From: an uncultured Gammaproteobacteria bacterium
Lineage (GTDB): Bacteria > Patescibacteriota > Microgenomatia > UBA12405
Direction of reading: 5' to 3'
Assembly (NCBI GenBank): GCA_964503465.1
Contig: CAZCYZ010000004.1
Location: forward strand, 16,235-80,234
DNA length: 64,000 bases
The position numbers were made by a program, and so were the translations under genes. Shown here in pieces: positions 9,347-19,180 of this stretch (its first letter is position 1; every line of letters begins with the position of its first letter). The notes under the pieces were generated by a model, which saw only the letters and a program-made list of their open reading frames with translations, was not told where the DNA came from and did not search any database.

Positions 9347-10192
9347 ATGATCTGGTTACTATCAGCGTTGATAGGGGTGGTAGCGATTTCGGTGGCTAAT
9401 ATCTTCCAAAGAAAATTGATGAAGGATGATAATGGGGACCCAGTGGCGTTGGCAGTAATTTTTCAACTTGGAATAACGGGTTTCACGGCTGTATTTGCGG
9501 TGATCAAGGGGTTTGTGCCGCCGCCGGTGGTTCGATATTGGCCATTTTTCGTGATTAGCGCAATACTTTATGGCCTGGGAACGGTTTTTTATTTTCGAGC
9601 CGCAAAAAAGGTAGAAGCGTCGCAGATAGTAATTTTGTCGACAGTGGGAACTATAGTAGCAATAGTTGCTTCGATAATATTTTTAGGGGAATCATTTTCC
9701 TGGCACCAACTGATTGGAACGGTATTAATTATTGGGGCAATATTAACGGTACAAAAAAGAATCTCACTAACTACTAGCGATGGGGTGTTGGATGCCATTG
9801 TGGGGACATCTTTGTATGGATTGGCAGTAGTAAGTGATACCTACATACTTCACCATTACGACGCAGTGTCGTTTACGCCGATTATGTCGTTATTACCGGG
9901 ACTGGTGTTGATAATACTGAAACCATCAGCGGTAACTAAATTTCCGGGATTGATGTCGATTAAGTACTTAAAAAATATGTTCTGGTATACCTTTTTTTAT
10001 TCTTGTCAGGCGGTAGCTTATTATATGGCCATTGAATTGGGAGCTAATGTATCCCAGATTTCTCCGATATTTCGATCCGAAGTAGTATTAACAATAATTC
10101 TGGCAGCAGTATTCTTAGACGAAAGAGATAACTTGCCAAAAAAGATATTGGCGGCAGGGCTGGCGATTGGTGGTGTGTTATTGATTAAGTAG
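9347..10192 (+). CDS. EamA/DMT-superfamily transporter
   Basis: 10-TM duplicated topology; paralog of the gene at 7714. Confidence 0.6.
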   Translation: MIWLLSALIGVVAISVANIFQRKLMKDDNGDPVALAVIFQLGITGFTAVFAVIKGFVPPPVVRYWPFFVISAILYGLGTVFYFRAAKKVEASQIVILSTVGTIVAIVASIIFLGESFSWHQLIGTVLIIGAILTVQKRISLTTSDGVLDAIVGTSLYGLAVVSDTYILHHYDAVSFTPIMSLLPGLVLIILKPSAVTKFPGLMSIKYLKNMFWYTFFYSCQAVAYYMAIELGANVSQISPIFRSEVVLTIILAAVFLDERDNLPKKILAAGLAIGGVLLIK

Positions 10193-10211
10193 TTAGGCTC
10201 GGCGGTATAAT

Positions 10212-11111
10212 TTGGGAATGGTGAGACCAAAAATGGGTTTAGCGGCGTTGTTCTCGGCGGGAGCGATGTATGGAATGTATGGTATTTACTCCCGAATGAT
10301 TGGAGGTGCTTTTGGAAACTTTAACCAAAACTGGCTGCGGAATATTGCAGTGGCCCTGGTGGCTTTGTTGATAATTTCTATTGGTAAAATAAAGCTTAAA
10401 CCAGTTTACAAAAAGGATATTAAGTGGATTACCCTTTGGTTTTTGTCCAGCTCTTGGGCTACGGTTTTGACATTTATTGCCTTCAACCACTTGAAGGTCG
10501 GCACAGTATATCTTCTGGTTTATTCGGCAATGATTACTTCCGGCTATTTGTCGGGTAAGATATTTTTCGAAGAGAAGATTAATGTAATAAAAATCGTTTC
10601 CCTTTTCCTTGCTTTGGGCGGACTATTGGTGATTTACCGTTTTAGTATCACCAAAGAAGAAGTGCCATATATGATGATGTGCTTGGTTTCAGGTTTAATG
10701 ACTGGTGTCTGGAATACTATTTCCAAAAAGTTTTCTGGTAATTACTCAAATATGCAGCTGGTCTTGATGGATGCCACAGCCATAATTGTTACATCCTTAA
10801 TTGGAGCTATTATTTCCCAAGAGATTTTACCCCAAGTTATTAGCCCTACTAGTTGGGGGTGGCTAGTGGTTTATGCTCTAGCCCAACTTACCAATGTTGG
10901 CCTAGTGGTGTATGGTTTTAAAAATGTAGAAGCACAGATTGGCAGTCTGATCCTGCCGGTTGAGATAATCTTTGCAACACTGTTTGCTTGGTTATTTTTC
11001 GGGGAAAACCCAACAGTGTCCATTGGAGTGGGGGGTATAATGATACTAGGAGCAGCGGCGTGGCCAAGTATGTATTTGATGGCGGAAAAAACAAAAAGGC
11101 CAGTCGGTTAA
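10212..11111 (+). CDS. EamA/DMT-superfamily transporter
   Basis: 10-TM membrane protein in tandem with the previous paralog. Confidence 0.55.
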   Translation: MGMVRPKMGLAALFSAGAMYGMYGIYSRMIGGAFGNFNQNWLRNIAVALVALLIISIGKIKLKPVYKKDIKWITLWFLSSSWATVLTFIAFNHLKVGTVYLLVYSAMITSGYLSGKIFFEEKINVIKIVSLFLALGGLLVIYRFSITKEEVPYMMMCLVSGLMTGVWNTISKKFSGNYSNMQLVLMDATAIIVTSLIGAIISQEILPQVISPTSWGWLVVYALAQLTNVGLVVYGFKNVEAQIGSLILPVEIIFATLFAWLFFGENPTVSIGVGGIMILGAAAWPSMYLMAEKTKRPVG

Positions 11112-11146
11112 CATAGGGGTAAAAGTGTGGTACAAATGCTTACAAA

Positions 11147-12112
11147 ATGAATAATCAGGCATTGGTAGTAGGGTCGGTAGCTTTTGATGTGATCTTTGGG
11201 ATTCATGGTGATATTCGAAAGGAAATTATTGTAAAAAGGGGAAAAATAGATAAAGTAAACATGATGTTTACTGCCAAGGGGAAACAGAGATATTTTGGCG
11301 GGACAGGGGGGAATATTGCTTATGGACTGGGGCTGCTGGGAGAGAAACCATTACTGTTCTCGGTGGCAGGAAAAGATTTTGAACTGGAGTACGGTCCACA
11401 CTTAAAACATAAGCAGGTTGAATTGAGAGTGGTGATTAAAGGTAACGGATACACGGCGTCATACTACGGAATATCAGATGAGAAATATCAACAAATCGGG
11501 ATTTGGCAGCCGGATGTTTATGGGGATAATGTGGAAGAAGTGGGTTTGGCTGACGGTTTGGCTGACGGTGATTTTGAAAAAGTTAAGGTGGCAATTTTTT
11601 CACCCGGAACAGGAATTAGTACCCGAAACCAGATGATGGAACTTAGAAAAAAACAGAGTAAAGCAATAGTGATATTCGACCCGAGCCAGGTGTTGTCAAT
11701 TTTTTATGATAAAACTTTGCTAAAAGAATGTTTGGGAATGACTGATATATTTATTGGCAACGAAACGGAGGTAGCTCAATTGAAAACAGTATTTGGATTG
11801 ACGATTGAAGAAACGTTAGGATTGGGGCTTAGAGCAGTAATTGAAACTAGAGGTGAAGAAGGAAGTGTGATTTATGAAAGATCGGGGGTAACTAAAATAG
11901 GAGCGATTAAGCCAAAAAGATTGGTGGAAACAACCGGAGCAGGAGATGCTTTTCGAGCGGGGTTGATGTATGGTTTGCTAAAAGATAAAACTTTACCTCA
12001 AGCCTGTAAAATCGGGTCTTTTATGGGAGCGAAAAATGTGGAAGAATATGGCGGACAAATGTATCAAACCAACATCAAGGAATTAAATTCGATATTATCT
12101 ATTAAAATTTAA
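11147..12112 (+). CDS. PfkB-family carbohydrate/nucleoside kinase (adenosine kinase-like)
   Basis: GGTGGNIAYGLGLLG (PfkB motif 1) and TTGAGDAFRAGLMYGLL (DTxGAGD motif 2). It lies immediately upstream of ahcY. Confidence 0.75.
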   Translation: MNNQALVVGSVAFDVIFGIHGDIRKEIIVKRGKIDKVNMMFTAKGKQRYFGGTGGNIAYGLGLLGEKPLLFSVAGKDFELEYGPHLKHKQVELRVVIKGNGYTASYYGISDEKYQQIGIWQPDVYGDNVEEVGLADGLADGDFEKVKVAIFSPGTGISTRNQMMELRKKQSKAIVIFDPSQVLSIFYDKTLLKECLGMTDIFIGNETEVAQLKTVFGLTIEETLGLGLRAVIETRGEEGSVIYERSGVTKIGAIKPKRLVETTGAGDAFRAGLMYGLLKDKTLPQACKIGSFMGAKNVEEYGGQMYQTNIKELNSILSIKI

Positions 12113-12118
12113 TCAATA

Positions 12119-13510
12119 ATGAAAGACTACGTTGTTAAAGATATAAAGTTAGCTGATTGGGGAAGAAAAGAAATGATGTTGGCCGAATTAGAGATGCCGG
12201 GGCTGATGGCTTTGAGAAAAAAGTATGGGACCAAAAAACCATTAAAGGGAGCCAGAATTGTAGGGTCACTTCACATGACAATTCAAACAGCGGTATTAAT
12301 TGAGACATTGGTAGAGCTGGGAGCTAAAGTTAGATGGGCAAGTTGTAACATTTTTTCAACCCAAGACCATGCGGCAGCGGCGATCGCCAAAGCGGGAATA
12401 CCGGTGTTTGCGGTTAAAGGGGAAACTTTGGAGGAATATTGGCAATATGTGGATTATATTTTGGACTGGGGGAAGGAAAGTCCCAACATGATCCTGGATG
12501 ATGGCGGGGATCCGACACTATATTTACACTGGGGTTATAGGGCCGAGGAGGAACCGGAGTGGATTGAGAGAAAAGCTGATAATGCCGAAGAGGCCATAAT
12601 TTTAAAACACTTAAAAGAATCGATTAAAAAAGATCCAAAAAGATTCCACGGGTTGATGAAGGAGATTAGGGGGGTGAGTGAGGAAACGACCACGGGGGTA
12701 CATCGGTTGTACCAAATGCAGAAAAAAGGAGAGCTGAAAATACCAGCGATTAATGTGAATGACTCGGTGACTAAGTCAAAATTTGACAACATCTATGGTT
12801 GCCGGCATTCGGCGGTGGATGGGGTAATGAGGGCAACTGATGTAATGATTGCCGGTAAAATTGTAGTGGTGGCGGGATATGGAGACGTGGGGAAAGGAGT
12901 AGCGCAATCGTTTAAAGGGCAGGGGGCGAGAATTGTGGTGACAGAAGTTGACCCGATTTGTGCCCTGCAGGCGGCAATGGAGGGGTACCAAGTGATGAAA
13001 ATGGATGAAGCCTGTAAAATTGGCGATATTTTTATAACGGCGACGGGATGTCAAAAGGTAATAACGGAGCAGCATATGCTACAAATGAAGGACCAAGCGA
13101 TTGTGGGGAATATTGGTCATTTTGATGCGGAAATAGAGGTGGAGGCAATGAGGAAATATAAGTGGGAAAATGTGAAACCACAGGTAGATATAATCCATTT
13201 ACCAAGTAAAAGAAAAATAATTATATTATCCGAGGGGAGGCTGCTGAACTTGGGAAATGCAACTGGCCACCCCAGCTTTGTGATGTCTAATAGTTTTACC
13301 AACCAAGTGTTGGCCCAAATAGAGTTGTTTACTAAAACCAAAAACTATCCGGTGGGAGTGTACACTTTGCCAAAGTTACTTGATGAAGAAGTGGCCAGAT
13401 TACATTTGGCCAAAGTGGGGGCCGAAGTTGATAGACTAACCCAAGAACAAGCTGACTACTTGGGAGTACCGGTATCGGGTCCATTTAAATCGGAAAATTA
13501 TAGATATTAA
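12119..13510 (+). CDS. ahcY: adenosylhomocysteinase (S-adenosyl-L-homocysteine hydrolase)
   Basis: 463 aa with a [11 protein letters not shown]-binding loop and collinear similarity to the AhcY family throughout. Confidence 0.95.
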   Translation: MKDYVVKDIKLADWGRKEMMLAELEMPGLMALRKKYGTKKPLKGARIVGSLHMTIQTAVLIETLVELGAKVRWASCNIFSTQDHAAAAIAKAGIPVFAVKGETLEEYWQYVDYILDWGKESPNMILDDGGDPTLYLHWGYRAEEEPEWIERKADNAEEAIILKHLKESIKKDPKRFHGLMKEIRGVSEETTTGVHRLYQMQKKGELKIPAINVNDSVTKSKFDNIYGCRHSAVDGVMRATDVMIAGKIVVVAGYGDVGKGVAQSFKGQGARIVVTEVDPICALQAAMEGYQVMKMDEACKIGDIFITATGCQKVITEQHMLQMKDQAIVGNIGHFDAEIEVEAMRKYKWENVKPQVDIIHLPSKRKIIILSEGRLLNLGNATGHPSFVMSNSFTNQVLAQIELFTKTKNYPVGVYTLPKLLDEEVARLHLAKVGAEVDRLTQEQADYLGVPVSGPFKSENYRY

Positions 13511-13514
13511 AATA

Positions 13515-14003
13515 ATGACTAATCAACAAAAAGAAACTGAATGCTGTCCAAAGTTTGACCCAAAACCATGGGATGAAAAAATGCTGGAATGGAAGGAGAA
13601 GAAATTTATTAAAGGAAGTGTATGGTGTTTTTGCCATATTCCACTTAACTTTGGCCAAGTGATATCGGGATTGATGAAGAAGGTTGAGACGGCCGGAGCC
13701 AGGGCCGAGGATTGGATGTGCCTGTCGGATCATACTTCAAAATGGAAAATGAATATTTACGTGGCGGTTGATAAAGAAGTGGAGGGAGCGGAAAATGTAG
13801 AATTGTCAGGACAGTTTCTAACCAAAGCTTACGAGGGAGATTTTAAGGACACAGGTAAGTGGTGTGCTGATTTTGAGGAATTTGCCAAAACGAAAAAAGT
13901 AAAAATCGAGAAATTCTATATGTGGTATACCACTTGCCCCAAATGTGCCAAAAAATGGGGCAAGAATTATGTGGTGGTGGTAGGACTAGTCCATGGATTA
14001 TAA
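13515..14003 (+). CDS. Cys-rich hypothetical protein (CCPKFDP...CPKCAKK)
   Basis: 162 aa with an N-terminal CCP and a C-terminal CPKC. No family assigned. Confidence 0.4.
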   Translation: MTNQQKETECCPKFDPKPWDEKMLEWKEKKFIKGSVWCFCHIPLNFGQVISGLMKKVETAGARAEDWMCLSDHTSKWKMNIYVAVDKEVEGAENVELSGQFLTKAYEGDFKDTGKWCADFEEFAKTKKVKIEKFYMWYTTCPKCAKKWGKNYVVVVGLVHGL

Positions 14004-15129
14004 AAAACTATCGTTGCTGAAGCACAAAAAGTGCGCGGGAAAAATTGAAATAAAGAGTAAGTTTGGAAGAGTTAAAAGTAGAAAGGATTTGAGTATTGCC
14101 TATACTCCGGGGGTGGCGGCGGTGTCTGAATTGTTGGCCAAGAACCCAAGAGAGGCAAAGAGGTATTCGATTAAGGGAAATACAATTGCAGTAGTGTCGG
14201 ATGGTTCGGCAGTGTTGGGATTGGGAAATATTGGACCGTTGGGGGCGTTACCAGTAATGGAAGGGAAGGCATTGTTGTTTAAGGAATTTGGCGGGGTGGA
14301 TGCTTACCCGATTGTGCTGGCAACCCAGGAAACAGAGGAAATAATAAAGACAGTTAAAATGATTGCCCCAACTTTCGGAGGGATAAATTTGGAGGATATT
14401 TCGGCACCAAGATGTTTTGAGGTGGAAGAAAGGTTAAAGGCAGAATTGGATATCCCGGTGATGCATGATGATCAACACGGAACGGCAGTGGTGGTGTTGG
14501 CGGCAATAATAAATAGTCTAAAACTGGTAGAAAAAGATAAGGAAATGGTCAGAGTGGTGATTAGCGGAACGGGGGCGGCGGGAGTAGCAGTGGCAAAATT
14601 GTTGTTGAAATATGGGGTCAAAAAAATAGTAATGGTGGATTCAAAAGGAATAATTGGGAAAAAGAGAACTGATCTGAATGAATCAAAACTAGAAATGGTA
14701 AGGTTGACAAATAAAGAAAATTCAAGTGGTGATTTGGCGACGGCATTGGTGGGAGCAGATGTGTTTATTGGGGTGAGTGCTCCGGGAATTGTGACGGCAG
14801 AGATGGTGGCAACAATGGCGGATAAATCAATTGTTTTGGCCATGGCTAACCCAATCCCGGAAATCATGCCTGACAAGGCAAGGAAGGGCGGGGCGTTTAT
14901 TATTGGGACCGGACGAAGCGATTTTCCCAATCAAATAAATAACGTGCTAGCTTTCCCGGGAATTTTTAGGGGGGCGCTGGATCATGGAGTTAAGAAAATT
15001 ACGGATGAGATGAAGTTAGCGGCGGCAGGGGCAATTGCCGGTTATGTAAAGGATATTTCGGTTGACAAGGTTATCCCCTCCCCGCTTGATAAAGGAGTGG
15101 CTAGAGCAGTGGCCAGGGTGATTCGGTGA
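13993..15129 (+). CDS. NAD(P)-dependent malic enzyme (short prokaryotic form)
   Basis: SIAYTPGVAAVSELLAKNP, VVSDGSAVLGLGNIGPLGALPVMEGKALLFKEFGGVD and ISGTGAAGVAVAKLL Rossmann motifs are collinear with short malic enzymes. Confidence 0.9.
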   Translation: MDYKKLSLLKHKKCAGKIEIKSKFGRVKSRKDLSIAYTPGVAAVSELLAKNPREAKRYSIKGNTIAVVSDGSAVLGLGNIGPLGALPVMEGKALLFKEFGGVDAYPIVLATQETEEIIKTVKMIAPTFGGINLEDISAPRCFEVEERLKAELDIPVMHDDQHGTAVVVLAAIINSLKLVEKDKEMVRVVISGTGAAGVAVAKLLLKYGVKKIVMVDSKGIIGKKRTDLNESKLEMVRLTNKENSSGDLATALVGADVFIGVSAPGIVTAEMVATMADKSIVLAMANPIPEIMPDKARKGGAFIIGTGRSDFPNQINNVLAFPGIFRGALDHGVKKITDEMKLAAAGAIAGYVKDISVDKVIPSPLDKGVARAVARVIR

Positions 15130-15656
15130 TAGAATTTTTTATGACTAAAAAACTATTTTTAGTATTAGTGGGCGGGTTGGTGTTAGCTAGCTGTACACAG
15201 GAATCAAAAAAGGAAGAGGCCATGGTGACGCCGACGGCGGTAGAAGAGAAGCAAAAAGAACAACTGGTGGGCGGTGATAGGGACGAACATGGTTGTATCG
15301 GCTCAGCGGGATATAGTTGGTGTGAAGTTAAACAAAAATGTTTGCGGGTGTGGGAAGAAAAGTGTGAGGAAGAAAAAATAGAGGAAACTGTCAAAGAGGC
15401 GGTAACAAAAGCTTTGGTCAAGAAGTATAACTGGGAGGCCAATAAAGTGTCGACACAAGTGAACAAAGAAGTGGGAGATTTTGCCAGCGGATCGATGGGA
15501 TTTGGGGAGGAAATGGGTGGAGGTGGATGGTTGGCCAGGAAGGTGGATGACAAATGGGAAGTGGTTTGGGACGGTAACGGAGCGGTGGATTGCAAACAAT
15601 TACGGAATGAGTTTAAATTCCCGGATGAAATCCTGAAACCGGGGTTTTGTAACTAA
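15126..15656 (+). CDS. lipoprotein (signal peptide plus lipobox LASC)
   Basis: MTKKLFLVLVGGLVLASCTQ; charged Cys-containing mature region. Confidence 0.5.
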   Translation: MIEFFMTKKLFLVLVGGLVLASCTQESKKEEAMVTPTAVEEKQKEQLVGGDRDEHGCIGSAGYSWCEVKQKCLRVWEEKCEEEKIEETVKEAVTKALVKKYNWEANKVSTQVNKEVGDFASGSMGFGEEMGGGGWLARKVDDKWEVVWDGNGAVDCKQLRNEFKFPDEILKPGFCN

Positions 15657-15698
15657 GTTATTGAGAGGTTGATAACTGAGAGAAGATATAATAATCGT

Positions 15699-16097
15699 AT
15701 GAACTTGAAACTTTATCTGATCGCGGTTGGAGTGTTTTTAGTAGTTGATATGGTGTGGCTTCTGGTAATCGCCAAGGGTCTGTATGCCAAACATCTGGGA
15801 TATTTGATGACTAAAACACCAAATTTGGCGGTGGCGGGAATATTTTACTTACTCTATGTGGTTGGATTGGTGATTTTTGTACTGGAGCCGGCGATGGAAA
15901 AGAGTTCGATAATTGAAGCTTTGTGGCGGGGGGCATTATTTGGATTGATTGCCTATGCAACTTATGACCTGACCAATTTGGCAACAATTAGGGATTGGCC
16001 ATTTCTGATAACCATAATCGATTTGATTTGGGGGACAGTACTGTCGGGAAGTGTGGCTTCTATAACTTATTGGATTTCAAAGAAAATTGGACTGTGA
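15699..16097 (+). CDS. DUF2177-like small membrane protein
   Basis: 4-TM protein of about 130 aa with a conserved ...RGALFGL..YATYDLTN... segment. The start was trimmed to the internal ATG. Confidence 0.4.
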   Translation: MNLKLYLIAVGVFLVVDMVWLLVIAKGLYAKHLGYLMTKTPNLAVAGIFYLLYVVGLVIFVLEPAMEKSSIIEALWRGALFGLIAYATYDLTNLATIRDWPFLITIIDLIWGTVLSGSVASITYWISKKIGL

Positions 16098-16135
16098 GTA
16101 GTCTTTTGATATTGGCAATTGATGTTTGGCTTTAT

Positions 16136-16843
16136 ATGAGCCTGTGGTTTGGAATGGCGTGGCTTAAGAAAAGAAATGATTTGGCCGATGTCGCCTGGGG
16201 ATTGGGATTTGTAATAGTGACCTGGATGGCTTGGGTATTGGGGGGACAGAGAACAGAAGTAATAATAATTAACTTGTTGGTAACTATCTGGGGTGGACGG
16301 TTGTCCTGGCATATATATAAGAGAAATGAAGGAAAAACAGAAGATTATCGCTATGCTAATTGGCGGAATGAATGGGGTAAAAACTTTTTACTAAGATCGT
16401 ATTCTCAGGTATTTTTGTTGCAGGGGGTGTTGTTGTATTTAATATCATTGCCAGTGATAGCGATGAATCAGTATGGGATTGGTGAAATAGCGGGAGCGGG
16501 GGTAATGGTATGGTTGGTGGGTTTTTATTTTGAAGTGATAGGAGATTGGCAATTAAAAAAGTTTGTGAATGACCCAAAGAACAAAGGTAAAATTATGCAA
16601 GAAGGCTGGTGGCGTTATAGCCGACATCCAAATTATTTTGGGGAAATGACAATGTGGTGGGGGTTATGGCTGGCGGGATGGTGGAGTAATTGGTGGACAA
16701 TAATTGGCCCACTGACAATCACAATATTGCTAAGGTATGTGTCGGGAGTACCACTGTTGGAAAAAAAGTTTGAAGGAAGAAAGGATTGGGAGGAATACAA
16801 GCGGAAAACGAGCATGCTGATTCCCCTACCACCAAAAAGATGA
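16136..16843 (+). CDS. DUF1295/steroid-5-alpha-reductase-like membrane protein
   Basis: WWRYSRHPNYFGEMTMWWGLW signature of the DUF1295/ICMT-like superfamily. Start is uncertain. Confidence 0.6.
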   Translation: MSLWFGMAWLKKRNDLADVAWGLGFVIVTWMAWVLGGQRTEVIIINLLVTIWGGRLSWHIYKRNEGKTEDYRYANWRNEWGKNFLLRSYSQVFLLQGVLLYLISLPVIAMNQYGIGEIAGAGVMVWLVGFYFEVIGDWQLKKFVNDPKNKGKIMQEGWWRYSRHPNYFGEMTMWWGLWLAGWWSNWWTIIGPLTITILLRYVSGVPLLEKKFEGRKDWEEYKRKTSMLIPLPPKR

Positions 16844-16847
16844 CGAG

Positions 16848-17720
16848 TTGATACAATTGGAAATGAGTTGGTTGGTGTTTACGGCAATGTCGGTTTTGAC
16901 AAGAGCAGTGTATGGGACGATGACGAAGATAATGTCAAACAGAGTTAGAACTTCAAGCTATACACAGGCGGTTTTGTTACCGTTTTCAGCGGCGATATTG
17001 TCTATCTGTTTAACTCCGTTGATTGGAGGAATTAATTTAGACTTTGATGGGACGACTTTGATAATGATGCTACTGGTGATATTTGGTCAAGGATCAGGGA
17101 ATGTAGTTTTTTTTGCAGCGGTAAGACACTTGACAAGCGGTACGGCCCAAATTGCTTTTTCATCAATATTGGTATTCAACGTATTATTGTCCGTGATGCT
17201 TCTGGGACTAAAGTTGAGTCTAATGAACGTGTTGGGGATTGTTTTGTTAATGGCGGGAATTATGCTGGTAGTAAGTGGTAAAGTAGAGTTCAATAAGAAA
17301 GGAGTCGGACTGATGATGGTGTCGGCTTTTTTATTCTCAATTTTTCAATTAGCAACGTCTCAAGTGTCTTCAAGAATAAGCGGTGGAACATATTTGGTAT
17401 TAACTTATACCGGAGCGGCTGGAGTGGTATTGGCAGTCAGGGGTAGAAAAGTGTTAGGTGAAATTATTCAATCGAAGAATAAATCAGAATTGGTGTTTGT
17501 TCCCTTTTTGACGGCTGTCCCAAGTTTGTTAAATTTTATCTTTGCCTATTATGCCTATAGATTGGCACCGGAACCGACCAAGGTGGCAATGATTTTGACC
17601 TCACAAGTGGTGTTTGCGGTGTTGCTGGGTCATGTGTTTTTGGGAGAAAAAAGTGGTTTGTATAGAAAATTGTTAGCGGCAGTAATGGTAATAGTGGCAA
17701 CAGTTATGATCAAAGGGTGA
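16848..17720 (+). CDS. EamA/DMT-superfamily transporter
   Basis: 290 aa, 10 TM; the fourth paralog. Confidence 0.55.
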   Translation: MIQLEMSWLVFTAMSVLTRAVYGTMTKIMSNRVRTSSYTQAVLLPFSAAILSICLTPLIGGINLDFDGTTLIMMLLVIFGQGSGNVVFFAAVRHLTSGTAQIAFSSILVFNVLLSVMLLGLKLSLMNVLGIVLLMAGIMLVVSGKVEFNKKGVGLMMVSAFLFSIFQLATSQVSSRISGGTYLVLTYTGAAGVVLAVRGRKVLGEIIQSKNKSELVFVPFLTAVPSLLNFIFAYYAYRLAPEPTKVAMILTSQVVFAVLLGHVFLGEKSGLYRKLLAAVMVIVATVMIKG

Positions 17721-18232
17721 GAATGAAGAAGATTGTAGTCAATGACAAAATGCAAAAGGGATACGTTTACGAATTGACTGAACCGACAGGAAAGAACTTT
17801 GATACAAAATTTAAACCGGAGCTGACACCAAAGGAAATGCTATCAATGGGAGTATTTGGCGGGAGATATATGAGAGATTGCCAGCAGGAATTTCCAAAAG
17901 ACTGGTTTGGGGGAGTAAAACTTCATCCAGATGGGATACCGGGACATAGTAATCATTTAAATTACTTTGGAGTGGGAGCATCGCTACCACTAAAAGAATG
18001 GCAGAAGAGAGGTTGGATACACATGGACGACCCGAGGGGGTGGTTTCAGTGGTATTGTCGATATTTTATGGGAAGAAGGCATGAGGATGATAGTCGACAA
18101 ATAAAAAGATGGAAAGCAATGAGGCGGCACATGGTTCAGATCAGAAAATACTGCCAACTAGGTGACATGAATTGCCGACGAAGACAGCGTCAGGCATTGT
18201 TGCACTGGGCTTATGATAGCCGGAGGATTTAG
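17717..18232 (+). CDS. hypothetical basic Trp/Cys-containing protein
   Basis: 171-aa soluble ORF (GVFGGRYMRDC...WFQWYCRYF); family not recognised. Confidence 0.4.
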   Translation: MRMKKIVVNDKMQKGYVYELTEPTGKNFDTKFKPELTPKEMLSMGVFGGRYMRDCQQEFPKDWFGGVKLHPDGIPGHSNHLNYFGVGASLPLKEWQKRGWIHMDDPRGWFQWYCRYFMGRRHEDDSRQIKRWKAMRRHMVQIRKYCQLGDMNCRRRQRQALLHWAYDSRRI

Positions 18233-18334
18233 TTGTATAATGTTAATGATGAACAATAAAAAAGTTAGATTAATTGTAATTGGGGTATTAATTTTAGTGG
18301 CCGCTTATATGTTGTATTCAATTTGGTAACAAAT

Positions 18335-18715
18335 ATGGCAATACCAAAAATTCCAAAATTTAAACCATTGGCTGAAGCAAGTACCGGGACAAAGAAGGTG
18401 GCTAAGCCGGTGTTGATGGTGGTGATAGCAATTTTACTGGGGGCTTTCGGACTGGAAGCAAGCAATAATGATTGGGACTTGGGGAAATTAATGTCCGGGT
18501 CATCATTGGAAGAAGCAAAGGTAATGAGAGATAAAGAAGGAAATGTGGTGACTAGTGGAGGAAAGTATACAGATGAGTACAACTGTGATGATTTTGCGAC
18601 CCAAGAGGAAGCGCAAAAATTCTTCAAGAATGCTGGCGGGCCAAGTAAAGATGTGAATAGGCTAGACGGCAACAATGACGGAGTGGCTTGTCAGGACTTG
18701 CCGAAGCAAAAATGA
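18335..18715 (+). CDS. Excalibur calcium-binding domain protein with N-terminal TM anchor
   Basis: C-terminal [41 protein letters not shown] matches the Excalibur DxDxDGxxCE motif. Confidence 0.7.
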   Translation: MAIPKIPKFKPLAEASTGTKKVAKPVLMVVIAILLGAFGLEASNNDWDLGKLMSGSSLEEAKVMRDKEGNVVTSGGKYTDEYNCDDFATQEEAQKFFKNAGGPSKDVNRLDGNNDGVACQDLPKQK

Positions 18716-19167
18716 AAACTGACTGGCTAAGATTAATGTCGGCGGTGGTGGTGACTCAAGGAGTGGGGTTGCTGGGAGCAGTGGCAACTGCACCAAAAAT
18801 TGGGAGTTGGTATGCGGGCTTGGATAAGCCGATTTTTAGTCCACCGAGTTGGTTATTTGGACCGGTGTGGACGGTGCTTTATGTGATGATGGGAGTAGCA
18901 TTGTATTTGGGATGGCAGAAAAAAAGTGATTTAAAATGGTTTTGGATTCAGTTGGGACTAAATACTTTGTGGTCATTTTTGTTCTTCGGACTAGAATCAC
19001 CAGGATTGGCAGTAATAGAAATAATTGTTTTGTGGTTGGCAATTGTGTTGACAATCAAAAGTTTCTGGGTAAAAAATAGAATTGGAGGTTATCTGCTGAT
19101 CCCCTATTTACTGTGGGTAAGTTTTGCCAGTATCCTAAACGGAGCAGTGTGGTGGTTGAATCGATGA
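18688..19167 (+). CDS. tspO: TspO/MBR tryptophan-rich sensory protein
   Basis: [36 protein letters not shown] is the TspO signature; 5 TM, 159 aa. Confidence 0.85.
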   Translation: MSGLAEAKMKTDWLRLMSAVVVTQGVGLLGAVATAPKIGSWYAGLDKPIFSPPSWLFGPVWTVLYVMMGVALYLGWQKKSDLKWFWIQLGLNTLWSFLFFGLESPGLAVIEIIVLWLAIVLTIKSFWVKNRIGGYLLIPYLLWVSFASILNGAVWWLNR

Positions 19168-19180
19168 GTTGTGAGATAAT

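Noticed and set aside
14472-15595. Antisense ORFs (14472-14930, 15101-15595, 15303-15599) within the malic enzyme and lipoprotein genes
   Set aside because: They lie fully inside well-supported genes on the opposite strand, with low-complexity translations.
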